Of a stretch of 64,000 nt of DNA, positions 39,308 to 50,721 are shown piece after piece. A program made the translations under genes and the position numbers. The notes under the pieces are model-generated. The model made no database searches. It was not told the DNA's origin and saw only the letters and a program-made list of their open reading frames with translations. How positions within the stretch are numbered: position 1 is the first letter of the stretch; every line of letters starts with the position of its first letter. The stretch is from Selaginella moellendorffii (Eukaryota > Plantae > Lycopodiophyta), in contig NW_003314285.1 in NCBI RefSeq assembly GCF_000143415.4, positions 1,623,471-1,687,470 of the forward strand. The letters are read 5' to 3'.

Positions 39308-40049
39308 TCTACTATATGCGAAGTCCCGATGCAAAGTACTGTGGCATAATTTTCATCTTTAGATTTGAAGATTCTATCTTAGCATTTCAGACTAAACTTT
39401 GAGACCTGAATAATTCAAACTTGATCTGATTAGTACCCATGTATGCATGCAGACTACCAACGTTGATTTCAGATGATTAACAGTATAATCATACGTAATT
39501 GCCATGACTTTAGTAGCAGCAGGAGGAAAATTCAAGTTTGGAGTAGAGAAGTTTCCACTAAATAAATTCAAAGTGAAAGAATGTGACGGTGGCAATGGCA
39601 TGGCTTGATGTCACTGATGGCAAGCTCCAGTGGCATTTGTTCTCCTTGCAAACTTCTTTGCAAAGCGTTTGAGTAGAAATTTTCTTGTAGCAAGGTACAC
39701 ATGAAATATAAAATCTCCTACCCTTCTGGATAAAAAAATGTACCAAAAAGTATTTTTTAACCACTGATTCATATACCAAATTTGGAGGAAAATTCAGAGT
39801 TTGCGAGAAAAGTATCCACCAAAAAATTTTATGGTTAGCAACTGAGGGTGGTAGTGGAGGGCGCTTTGATATCATTGACAACAAGCTCCACACTGGCATA
39901 TGTTTATCAAGAGTTAATATTCGAGAGGAGGGAAGACAATGATAGTATTAATAAAATACTAAAAAAAATTAACAATAACAATAATAAATAAGGGTTTTGA
40001 AAATTAATTTGGTCCAATCTCCCTAAACTAAAGTGATGTAGAGCCTAAC

Positions 40050-40198
40050 TTAATCATGGATTGAAATCCACAACTAACTCAAAAGTAAGATGAGCTAAAG
40101 TATCCATGGCCAAAGTTAGCTAAATTTAATCACGGATAGAAATCCATAACTAACTCAAAAGCATGAGTAAGATGAGTTAGAATTTCCATGGACAAAGT
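40050..40198. repeat. Two tandem ~75-bp imperfect repeats
   Basis: ttaatcaYggat.gaaatccaYaactaactcaaaag...gtaagatgag...tccatgg.caaagt occurs twice. Confidence 0.75.
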
Positions 40199-41119
40199 CA
40201 AGAGCAACTCAAGCACTTTCAATAAAAGTCCAAAAAGTTCTAGTAAACTATTTCCCACGTAACCATAGTTGAAATCTTTGAAAATTTAAGAATGAGGTTT
40301 TGGGTTACAATTATCATATAACACCTTAGAAGTATAGTGAGAGCTCTATACTATGGCTGAGAATATCTATAAGATAATGCTGGTCTGGCATAACAATGAG
40401 ATGGTATGGGAAATATGTAAAAGCTTTGTACTCATATGAATCTTCATCAATCAATTTAACTACATGAGGCACTTGGGTTTGAGGGCTAGCAAACTGTGTA
40501 TTAACAATTCAAATGATCACTAACAAAAAAACAATAAATTTTTTCTCTAACAATCAACTAACTCAGTTTTTATAGCAAAATTTTATATTTATTCAGGTAC
40601 TAATGGAAAAGTTGTATGACTCTCTTGAGACATTCAATGTATGTAATAATGGGAAAAACATTATAAATTTAGGTCAATTCATACATAATAAGATAATTTT
40701 CTTTTTTAATTGCAATGTACTATTGACTTTAGATAGAATAAAGTTTTTAAAAAAATCTCAACTTTCTAGGAAATAAATATAATACATAAAATTTCTCTTG
40801 TAAAATAACTTATCTCATTAAAAATCTTAATAACAAACAACTAATACAAAATAATTTTATTCATGAGTATAATAATTTTTCAAAATATTTTAGAAAACTT
40901 ATTTTTGTGTACTAATCAGAATATTCTTGAATACCTTCCAAAAATATTTCAATATAATTCAAAATGTTGGGCAACACTTGCGAGAGTGGAACACGGAACC
41001 CAGGAGTGCAAAAGGAGGGAACGAATGCAGTGATGCCCTCGCTACTCTAACATCTGTGCAGGATGGAGCCTCATCCCCTTCTCCACCTCCTTACTAGATT
41101 CCACTCTAGTCTCTAAACA

Positions 41120-41540
41120 ATGGCTTTTACCCTCCTCCTCCCCCACCTCCTGCGAATCCAGAATCAGAATTCATGGGAACAACTTTGAAAGATGAAATAT
41201 GGTGGTGTAATTGATCCTACTTGCCAAGGATTGTTGGGGTATCGTGGACGGAACAGAGCTTAAACCTGTCAACCTCGCGCTTCAACTGGCATGGGAGAGT
41301 CGCCATCGCAAGGCAACTGGGCGACGAATACATGCGCTTGCTCGATCTCATGAAAAATGCAAATTGACTTCTCTATCTTCTCAGGGAATGCCAAAGTCAT
41401 GCTTGCCCAGAAGTTCTTGAACAAGACTCTGTCACGACCTATATCAGCAAGCTTCGTGGACTCATGGCTGAACTCAAAGAGGCTGGGTCTCCAGTCCCAG
41501 AAGAACAAGCCAAGGCGCTCATCTACGCGTTTGCCCTAGA
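41120..41540 (+). mobile_element. Ty1/copia gag fragment
   Basis: ILLAKDCWGIVDGTELKP...W resembles the copia gag N-terminus (UBN2-type); frameshifted. Confidence 0.6.
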
Positions 41541-42191
41541 ATGAACAAGAGGATATGCTAAGTTTCACAGGTTGGGATGGGTCGGAAGCCCCCGAGACAA
41601 ATGAGCGCCCTGCTCCGACAGGAAGCGTCAGGAGTTTGGATCTCCCCGGAAGCTTCAATCAAATCCATGTGCCAAGTCAGTCAAGAGCATTATCCTCTAG
41701 AGAAAAATTCAAGTTTCGAGTAAGTTTCGCTCGATGTCACTGGCGGCGAGCTCCACATTGGCATTTTTTTTCTCTTTGCAAGCTTCCTTGGCGCTGTGTA
41801 AAGAAAAAAGCATAAAGAAAGCGAGAACTACGTAGAAATTTCAAATGGCCGCTTGCTTGCTTGGTATTTCAGATGAATCCGTCGCCCAGATTATATGAAT
41901 TTTGTTTGTGGAATCGATTGGCGTGGTCAACAGCATGATGCAATGCGCTATTCGCGACCTCATCTCTTTCCAGACATCAAGTAAACTTGCACTTCTGAAT
42001 ACCTTTGGAAGCCTTGAAAGCAAGCTGCTGCTGAAGGCTTTCCGTGGTAATAGTGGCGAACAGCACACTAGATGTGGAAGCTTGCTTGCGCAAAGAGTCC
42101 TGACGGAGCCTTTGAGAGATGAAGGAGCTAAACAGAGCTAAGAACGTCCACGTTATTTAACAGTATCAGTTCAGATTTCAGATTTCAGATT

Positions 42192-43741
42192 TCAGATTTC
42201 AGCATACACAGACGCTGAATGTCTTGGAACTGCCAGGAGTTTTAGAGGAGACTTGAGCAGCAGCGTCGTCTCAAAGCAATCCTCAAGAGTTTGGATCTCT
42301 CCGGGAGGGAAGCTCCAATCAAATCCATGGACAAGGTTAGCCAAGAGCAGCTCAAGCGCTTTTAATGCGAGTGGCATTCCAGGACACATCCGCCGCCCCG
42401 ATCCAAATGGTATGAGATCAAAGTGCTGGCCCTTGAAATCCACTGATCTCCCAAGGAATCTCTCGGGCATGAACTCTGTGGGGCGTTCCCAGATACTTGG
42501 ATCGCGTCCAATGGCGAAAGCATTGACAAAGAGTGTTGAGCCTTTGGGAACGTAGTAGCCACCAATCGTGCAAGCTTCGTCAGAGCTGCGAGGAATGAGG
42601 AGTGGACCTGGAGGACAAAGCCTCAAGGTTTCCTTGATGATTGCTTGAAGGTACTCCAGCTTTGAGAAATCAGACTCTTGAACCAGGCGATTTGGACCCA
42701 CGACAAGGTTGAGCTCGAATTGAGCTTTCTCCAAAACATGAGGATTGTGAAGAAGTTGTGCCATCACCCATTCAGCAGCCACGGCCGTTGAATCAGATGC
42801 TAGCAACAATTCCTGTCAACCACGATGGTATAAGGAATAAGTTTATATGTGGAGTGAACTTACTGTTATAAACGCTTTTACTGTGTCTTCTGCGCTGAAA
42901 CTCTCGAGCAGTGCGTCCATGAAGTCTTTGGGACGAGCGGTTGGCTCTTTGTGTTCTTTGATGATCTTCTTCATGAACTTGTCTTGCCTCTCGTGCAATC
43001 TCTTGAACTGAGGGATGGTCGGATCGAGCCATTCTAAAAAGCACCTGAGGTACGATGGAACAAATTCGGTGATGTGGAACTTGATTGCCAGGCTGAAGAT
43101 TTCATTAATAACATGTTTAATCTCCCTGTGTTGATCATTGTCATCAGTGGTGTCCCCAAAGTATCTCTTGCTCATCAGGATCATTGTGAAGGCGTTGAAT
43201 GTGAAAGTTGAGAAGAGATATCTCATGTCAACAGCTACTTTTTCCTCGTTAGACTTTTGCAGGATACGAAACGCTCTCGAGAGTTCTTGGAACCTCACCC
43301 ACAAGGAGGATTCCAGTTTCTGGGGAGCAATAAGTTCAGTCACACACATCTTACGCAGCCTCCTTGAATGCTCGCTGTAGTGTATCCCAATGCTTTGGAA
43401 ATCATACCCAATAATCTCGGAGATCAAGAGATATGGCCTCGAAGCAAATGCCAAGCCATTGTTCATGAGAGCTTCTTTCGCCATCTCTGGGCTGGAGACA
43501 ATGATGCTCGGGATCATCCCAAGCTTCAAGAACATAATTGGCCCATACTTTTTGGAGAGTGCTTGCAAAGATCGATGTGGCTGCTTCGTAATGAGATGAA
43601 GGTGGCCGATCAATGGAAGTGCCCATCCTGGAGATGGGGCAAATTCTTCTTCTTATCCCACGAAGTGACCAGAATGCTAAGAGCTCCGGTGAGCACTAGC
43701 AAAAGAAAAGGAAGCGCGAAACTAGAGAGTGCTAACTCCAT
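42192..43741 (-). pseudogene. CYP71-clan cytochrome P450, two exons, 1-bp frameshift near 43637
   Basis: ETLR, PERF, FGSGRRMCPG; single intron ~42812-42863. Restoring one C gives LPPSPGWALPLIGHLHL. May be a real mutation or a sequencing error. Confidence 0.88.
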
Positions 43742-44146
43742 CAAGTAGAAATCTAGAAGCTCTGAATTGTGTGTCTTCACCGTGTTGTTTGGATCAAGAG
43801 CTCGCGTTATACTTATATATCTAAGTTCTTGCATGCTTGAATTGACCATAATTTTCATCACAAAACTTTGGAATAAGTCATTTAGTCAGGACAGGGTGGC
43901 CCTAGAATTCTTACAAGTGAGTTAGTCAACACTGTTTAGTCAACAAAAAACGCAATGGCGCGAAATAATTACTTTGATCCTACACGCTCCTGGACGGACG
44001 GTGGCGATCGCAGCAGTGGTCCTGCACGTCAGACGTGGAGCCACAGAGGGTTTGGCGCAGCTCTCGCCAGGCTAGGGTTTATCGAGTCCTGCCAAGGATT
44101 CTCTCCTTCCCGCCGGATTGGAGCTTCCGGGATCTCCCAAGAAGCA

Positions 44147-45452
44147 ATGTGGATCCCCAGGCGCGTGCTGCTGCTGCTCGCCCTCTCCATCCTCGTCGCG
44201 CGCGCGGCGGAGGCGGCGCTGGATTGCACGTCGCCGTTCACATACAAGGGCCAGACCAGGTATTTCGGTGCTTGCAACACTCTCACAGGCCCGGCGGCGC
44301 TGGCCTGGACTTACGATCCAGCCGATAGCACGCTCAAGGTCGCGTTCTTGGGGCAAGCCGCGAGCCCCATGGGATGGGTGGGCTGGGGGATCAATCTGGG
44401 CAGCAGGCCAGTGATGGTTGGGACCAATGCCTTGATCGGCTTTAGGACCCAAGACAGGAGCTATGTGGACACTTACAAGCTCACCACTGATATTCAAGCT
44501 GGAGCTCAGCTCACTCCAGGAACTCTGGATATCTCGGTGCTCGACAAGGCTGTGGAGATCACTGGCACCACTGTGACCATCTTTGCCACCATCCAGCTCC
44601 GGCCAAACCAGACTAAGATCAACCATGTGTGGAACCGAGGCTCCAAGACGATTGGAGTTTCGCCGCTCCAGCATGGACTCTCTCCGGAAGATCGCAGTGG
44701 TGTTGGTGTCATCGATCTGAGCACCAGATCCGTGATAAACACCGAGCCTCCTCATCAAAGTCTCAAGCAGGTTAGCTCTTTTGCTCTCTCGCTTTCTTCT
44801 TACGCTTGGTGTTCTTCCTTTGTTCTTCCAGAGCCATGGAGCTCTCAATGCAGTTGGATGGGGGATTTTTCTCCCGCTTGGAATGATGACTGCTCGCTAT
44901 GCCAGGCCCTTCTCCGAGAAAGTTTGGTTCTACGTCCACATATCTCTGCAAAGCCTTGGCTTGCTGCTGGGATCCATTGGCTGGCTCATTGGATTGAGGC
45001 TTGGAAGTTACTCCAAAGGGATCGTCCATGATGTTCATCGAAACATTGGCATTGCAATCTTTAGTTTCGCCTGTCTACAGGTAAGAACTTTGCTGATATA
45101 CTACGAGTCTACGAGCTTGCGACTTCCTTCCCAGGTTTTTGGAGTAGCGTTTCGTCCAAACAAGGAGCACAAGCTCAGGCTCTACTGGAACGCTTACCAT
45201 CACTCCATCGGCTACCTCATGCTCATCCTCATCTTCACAAACATCTACAAAGGTTTCGAGATCCTCCAGCCCAAGCGACGGTGGCACAACGCCTACACTG
45301 GGTTCGTGGTGCTGGCGGCCATCGTCAGCTTCATTCTGGAAATCCTCACTTGGATCATCTACTTCAAGAGGAAGAAAAATGCCGAGAAAGAAGCGCTTGC
45401 AAACGGTGGTAAGGTGCAAATGGGATCCTCGTTTTCCAGTTTCCCAGCATAG
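44147..45452 (+). CDS. Cytochrome b561 and DOMON domain protein (CYBDOM), 3 exons
   Basis: Signal peptide; DOMON motifs GWVGWGIN..MVGTNALI and INHVW; b561 motifs HGALNAVGWG, WFYVH, HRNIG, YWNAYHHSIGY. Confidence 0.93.
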
Positions 45453-45577
45453 CTCCTTTACTTATTTTTTCTTCTCCTTGATATGGTTTTACTGCGGCAA
45501 CCCAATACTGGGATTGAGTGTATTTTGTTTGAGAAAATTTGGTTTGGACTAATACGAAGTGATTATTAGTAATTAAT

Positions 45578-45649
45578 GGTCCCATAGTCTAGTGGTTACG
45601 ACATTGGACTTTGAATCCAAGAGCCCGAGTTCGAATCTCGGTGGGACCT
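45578..45649 (+). tRNA. tRNA-Gln (anticodon TTG)
   Basis: GGTCCCA/TGGGACC acceptor stem, TAGTGG D-loop, TTGGA-CTTTGAA-TCCAA anticodon arm, GTTCGAATC T-loop, followed by a TTTT terminator. Confidence 0.95.
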
Positions 45650-45801
45650 CTTTTCTTACTTGTGAGCGTCGTTTTTACACGCAAGAGAGAGGCATTGCGT
45701 GTCAAGCGTGCCTCTCGCCTAGGGTTCCTGGAGCTCGGGAGCGCGACGTGGTAGAGATCCATTGCGATTCTAGCGCTTTTCGGTTTGATTCTAGTGGCGA
45801 G

Positions 45802-46802
45802 ATGTTGCTCAAGGTAGAGGGATGCAGGGTGCCGGCGCTAGATTCGTTTGTGATCAACCCTGGCCGCGGCCGATCCAGGAAGAGCAGGCTGATGGTTCAA
45901 TGTAGCGCCAGGGATGGCGATTCAGATGGGAATGGAATGGGAGGCGATGTCCAGGTCCAAAGAGCGCTGGTGGAGATGATCCAGATGCAAGTAAGCAAGG
46001 TGAAGATGTCGGAATTTGTGGAGGAAAGGTCGCAGTACATGAAAACTATTGCGCAAGACTATCGTCACGACCACGCTCGAATTGCGTTTCGTGCGATGAA
46101 AGAGCTCGATGCCGCTGGAAGCCGGGTATGTATTCTTCGGTTTTCTTTGTCCTTGGGTTTTTGGTTCTCATCAAGATTTCTTTCTTGTGTCAGGTGCTTA
46201 GGGAGCTTGATGCTGGTGCTGGTGCAATCGAAGAGGAACTTCGAATGGCTCGTGCCGATCTTGAGGTACGTAAAGAACTGTAGAAGTTTTCACTGTTCTT
46301 ATGTCTTTTTTCTTTCGACATAGGCTCAATCCAAATCTATTGACGAGTACCAGCGCTGGTCTGCTCATCTCCGAAACGAGGGGCTGTTCTTCAAGAATTT
46401 GTACAGTGCTCCGGATAGATCCAAGGCATCTAGAAAGGTTCGCAAGATTCTCTTCGTGAACTTCACAGTTCTTGACTGCTTTTGTTCTCCAGGATTTGGT
46501 AGTTAGCTCACCATCGGGAAACTTTAGCGCAAGTTACAAGCAGTTTTTGTCCGGAGGGATCTCCCTTGTTCTGGCCTCGTTTGTTTACAGTTCTGGCTCT
46601 GGTGAGTTTTCTTTCCTTCTCTCAATCGATCCAATTGACAAGAACTTTGATGGAACTTCCAGGCCTCTTAACAGGAACCTTAATGCGTCCATGGAAACTT
46701 GCCTCGTATGGAATCATCCTCACACTTCTATTGACACAGCTAGCGTACGCCGACGTTCTCGTCGGCGAAGAAGTCGAGAGCTCAAGCAAAGATCAAGGCT
46801 GA
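45802..46802 (+). CDS. Conserved plant plastid-targeted membrane protein of unknown function, multi-exon
   Basis: Transit-like N-terminus, helical region (ALVEMIQMQVSKVKMSEFVEERS), RNEGLFFKNLY, two C-terminal hydrophobic segments, GT-AG introns. Confidence 0.65.
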
Positions 46803-47275
46803 CGCATCTGAGCCGTCCAGTCACCACTATCAAATCGGACGGCTCTGATTGATGTACATATACTTATATTAATTTATCCACACCGTCGGCACCGTAGCGT
46901 ATCTGGATCGACGGTTGCGCGATCCATGACCCCTATCGTAAAGTGCATCCCACGTGGACGGCACGATGTGCTGCCACGGTTTCGTGAAGAACGGTTTTGA
47001 TGCGCTTTTTGCGAGAGGAGGAACAATTTGACCTCCTCTTCTCTCCTTCACGCGTGTGTTAGTAGTGGTTGTTTTTAGGGTTCATCGCTAGCTTGGTGCT
47101 ACCCGTAGCGTCAAGGTATTTTTTCTCCTTTTTTTGCGCGTCGCGCTCGGATTTCATGCTCACATTGCTTCGTTCCAGGGAATTTCGATCTGAATCTGAG
47201 CTTTTTGAGGTCCCCAGGTGAGGATTTCCTAGGTTCGCTACCAGCTACTTCCTCAGCGCCAGATTTCTCTCAAGT

Positions 47276-48395
47276 ATGGCACAGATTTGTCGGCCTTGTC
47301 TCAACGATCCTCGTACTTTTCTCCCTGGAGAACACATCCGGGCTTTTCCAGTCTCGTCTCAGCGAATTTCTAGAACTCGAAGGCGTTTTCCTCGATCTTT
47401 GGAGGCACTGAGGCTACGGCCAAAACTTTCGCCATGGTCGGTGAGTCGGCATGCTGCAAGAGCTGTTCTTCCTGGACAAGTCAGCAACAATCACTGTGAG
47501 AACGAGCACATCGACCAGAAATTTTGCGTCTTAAAGCTGGTAAGATCTTGTTGTACGATGGATATATTTTGTTTTGATTTCGTTCTCTTTGCCTTGGCAG
47601 ATCACGAAGGTTCTTCCGGTTGTTTTGCCAGTCATCCTTTTGAGAGCTGCCCCTGCGCTAGCTTCCACCATCACACTCTCCGCTGCTAGCTCTACAGCCA
47701 AAGGACTTCGTGTTCCCGAGCTTCTTACGAGCGCATGGACGGGACTCATGGCCGGATGTCTACACACTCTCACAGGACCCGACCACCTTGCTGCTTTGGC
47801 ACCTCTCTCAATCGGTCGCACGAAGATGGAAGGTGCTTTTGTGGGAGCGCTGTGGGGTTGCGGTCATGACGCTGGCCAGATCCTCTTCGGGTTGCTCTTC
47901 CTGGTGCTCAAAGAGAAGCTACACATTGACCTCTTGAGAACATGGAGCGCTCGCGTTGTCGGTGTCACTCTTCTCGTAATCGGCGCGGTGGGAATTAAAG
48001 AGGCACAGGAAGTTCCGATCCCTTGCCTCGCAGGGGAGGGCTGTGAAGCAGACTACGAAGACAGTGGCGGAGTTCAGGAGCGGAAAAAGCCTTTTGGATT
48101 TGCAACTTTTGGGACGGGAGTAGTCCATGGCCTCCAGCCGGACGCTTTGCTCGTCATTCTTCCAGCGCTGGCATTGCCTTCTCGACTAGCAGGTGTGGCT
48201 TTTCTTTTCATGTTCTTGCTGGGGACGGTGGTGGCGATGGCTAGCTACACCGCTTTCGTTGGTTCGTGTAGCGAGGCCTTGCAGAAGAGGGTCCCGTGGA
48301 TAACTCAGAGACTGTCACTGGGCTCGTCGCTGATAGCTATCGCAGTCGGGCTCTCGATTTTGGCTGGAGAGATTTTTGGCATCAACCTGTTTTGA
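47276..48395 (+). CDS. CGF: Chloroplast NiCoT/UreH-like (DsbD_2) membrane protein, CGF1/2-like
   Basis: AGCLHTLTGPDHLAALAPL, GALWGCGHDAGQ, GVVHGLQPDAL; multiple TM segments; upstream transit-peptide exon. Confidence 0.85.
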
Positions 48396-48480
48396 GAAAC
48401 AGACAGGAAGACAACACAGGTTTTTTCACAAAGATACTATACGTTTTGTCTGAGGTGATGGCATCTTTTATCAGGATGAT

Positions 48481-50721
48481 ATGATCAAGCCAGCGTTGAG
48501 AGAAATCGAAGACGCCTTGAAGCAACGCATCAACCGAGTCAGCGGCTACGTCTCTCTACTGCAGCAGTGTGTCAGCTCCAAGAGTTTGGCCCATGGAAAG
48601 CTCGTCCACGCTCATCTTTTAGAGGCTGGGTTTGGCAGCAACGCTGTTTTGGGTGACCAGCTTATCAAGATGTATAGCAGCTGCGGCAGCCTGGAAGACG
48701 CTCGTCAGATCTTCGAGAGGATGCCGTGCAAACGGCCCATCACATTCAACTTCATGATCAGTGCGTTCATCCAGCACGGTTATCACAGCAAGGCCTTGAG
48801 TTTGTTTCACTCGATGGAAGATCCCGACTCACATACCTACTCTCGGATTCTCGGAGCTTGCTGTGGTCCGGGAGCTTTGCCAGAAGGAAAAGCCATTCAC
48901 CAGAAGATGCTGGCAACTGATTCACAGATGAGCCGGGTCGTCCAGAACGCGCTGGTGAACATGTACTCCAAGTGCCAGAGTCTCGAGGATGCAAGGAAAG
49001 TGTTTGATAGTATGGCCCAGAAGGACGTGGTTTCCTGGAACTCTATCATCTCGGCTTATACCCAGAGTGGGCATCTCGGAGAGGCTGTTGAGCTATACGA
49101 AGCAATGGACATTGAACCAACGACGACAACGTTTGCCTGCGTTCTCGGTGCTTGCTGCGATTTGGAGACTGGGAAGAAGATCCACAGGAGGATCGTTGAC
49201 GGTGGATGGGACTCGGACATGAAGGTCCAGAACGCTCTGGTTTACATGTACGCCAAGTGTGGAAGTGTAGAGCTTGCGGAGGACTGTTTCGAGAAGAGCC
49301 AGGAGAGGGACGTCGTTTCGTGGAACACGATGATCGGAGCTTATGTTCAGAACGGGTATACGAGGCAGGCTATGAGGCTTTTCTGGACGATGGACTTGAA
49401 TGGAATCGTCCAGGACTGGGTGACTTTTACCAGCGTTTTCGGGGCCTGTGAGAGCCAGGAGGAGTGCCGATGGTTTCACTTTCGCGCCATAGCAACTGGT
49501 TTTGGCAATCACGTCGGGGTGAGGAACGGACTGGTGGCAATGTACGCCAACTGTGAAAACTTGGAGGTTGCGAGGCGGGTTTTTGATGGAACTGAGCACA
49601 AGAACATGAGCTCTTGGACGACCATGCTCACAGCCTACGCTCGGAGAGGCTTCGACCGGCAAGCTATGAATTTGTATCGAGAAATGAAGAGACAGGGTGT
49701 GGATCCCGACTTTATGCTGTTTCCGACGATCGTCACAGCTTGTTGCAGTCTCAAGGAGGCCAGAGAGATCCACGCTCATATCACAGCAACAGGCTCTCAC
49801 ACACTGGCTACGGACAATGCGCTTGTCACCATGTACTCCAACTGTGGCCGTCTCGAGGATGCAAAGGAGATGTTCGATACCATGCCAGAGAAGAACTTCA
49901 TCACTTGGACAGCAATGATCTCGGCCTGTGCACAGCACGGGTGTCCTCTCGAGGTGATTGGAACTTACGAGGAGATGGAGAGGCAGGGTGTGGCTCCGGT
50001 TCCGATAACTCTGGCTATGGTTGCCGGGGCCTATGGCGAGGTGAAATCGCTCCAGGATGCCAGGAAGTTCCACGAGCGGATTGTCGACAAGGGACTCGGT
50101 TCGGCGTTCCTCGTCGAGAACTCGCTGATGAACATGTATGGGAAGTGTGGAAGCGTGGACGCTGCAAAGGCCATGTTTGACAAGATGAAGACGAGGAACG
50201 TGATAACTTGGACAACGATGGTTGCTGCGTATGCGAGAAACGCTCGTCCGCTGGAAGCTCTCGACCTCTACACGGAGATGGTTTTGGACGGGACGAAGCC
50301 GAGCCTGGTGACGTTTACGTGCGTCCTGGCTGCTTGCAGCCATGCGGGACGGATGGAAGTCGGACAAAGGCACCTCTGGTCGATGAAACTGGACTACGGG
50401 CTCGCTCCAACAGCGGAACACTACGCGTGTGTGGTCGATCTTCTCGGTCGAGCGGGGTGGCTCAAGGAGGCCGAGGAGCTTATCCTTGTCAAGAGCTTGG
50501 AAGTGGACGACGTCGTGTGGAGAGCTCTGCTGAGCGCTTGCAAGATCCACTGTGACACCGAGCTTGGAGGAGTGGCCGCGGAGCAAGTTACGCAGCTGGC
50601 TCCATTCGACACCTCTTCATACGTGCTGCTGTCAAACATCCATGCTGAGCTCGGGTACTCGAGGTCCTCCAAAGCCCGAGCTCTCAGGAAGAGATCTACG
50701 ATCATCAAGCCGGAAGTTTGA
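48481..50721 (+). CDS. PLS-class PPR protein, E subgroup
   Basis: 746-aa intronless ORF with P/L/S triplets, HYACVVDLLGRAG, WRALLSACKIH and YVLLSN. Confidence 0.95.
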   Translation: MIKPALREIEDALKQRINRVSGYVSLLQQCVSSKSLAHGKLVHAHLLEAGFGSNAVLGDQLIKMYSSCGSLEDARQIFERMPCKRPITFNFMISAFIQHGYHSKALSLFHSMEDPDSHTYSRILGACCGPGALPEGKAIHQKMLATDSQMSRVVQNALVNMYSKCQSLEDARKVFDSMAQKDVVSWNSIISAYTQSGHLGEAVELYEAMDIEPTTTTFACVLGACCDLETGKKIHRRIVDGGWDSDMKVQNALVYMYAKCGSVELAEDCFEKSQERDVVSWNTMIGAYVQNGYTRQAMRLFWTMDLNGIVQDWVTFTSVFGACESQEECRWFHFRAIATGFGNHVGVRNGLVAMYANCENLEVARRVFDGTEHKNMSSWTTMLTAYARRGFDRQAMNLYREMKRQGVDPDFMLFPTIVTACCSLKEAREIHAHITATGSHTLATDNALVTMYSNCGRLEDAKEMFDTMPEKNFITWTAMISACAQHGCPLEVIGTYEEMERQGVAPVPITLAMVAGAYGEVKSLQDARKFHERIVDKGLGSAFLVENSLMNMYGKCGSVDAAKAMFDKMKTRNVITWTTMVAAYARNARPLEALDLYTEMVLDGTKPSLVTFTCVLAACSHAGRMEVGQRHLWSMKLDYGLAPTAEHYACVVDLLGRAGWLKEAEELILVKSLEVDDVVWRALLSACKIHCDTELGGVAAEQVTQLAPFDTSSYVLLSNIHAELGYSRSSKARALRKRSTIIKPEV

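Noticed and set aside
42170-42202. (TTCAGA)n repeat at the P450 stop codon
   Set aside because: Ordinary short slippage repeat.
43955-44146. N-terminal extension of the CYBDOM ORF
   Set aside because: The signal peptide begins at ATG 44147; the upstream part is likely promoter/5' UTR.
38893-45452. P450s + SDR + CYBDOM as a biosynthetic gene cluster
   Set aside because: The SDR is a primary-metabolism TSC10, the P450s are disrupted, and there is no scaffold-forming enzyme.
49093-50586. 497-aa antisense ORF (also 50552-51547 and 44072-44848)
   Set aside because: Shadow ORFs on the opposite strand of GC-rich genuine genes; no recognisable motifs.
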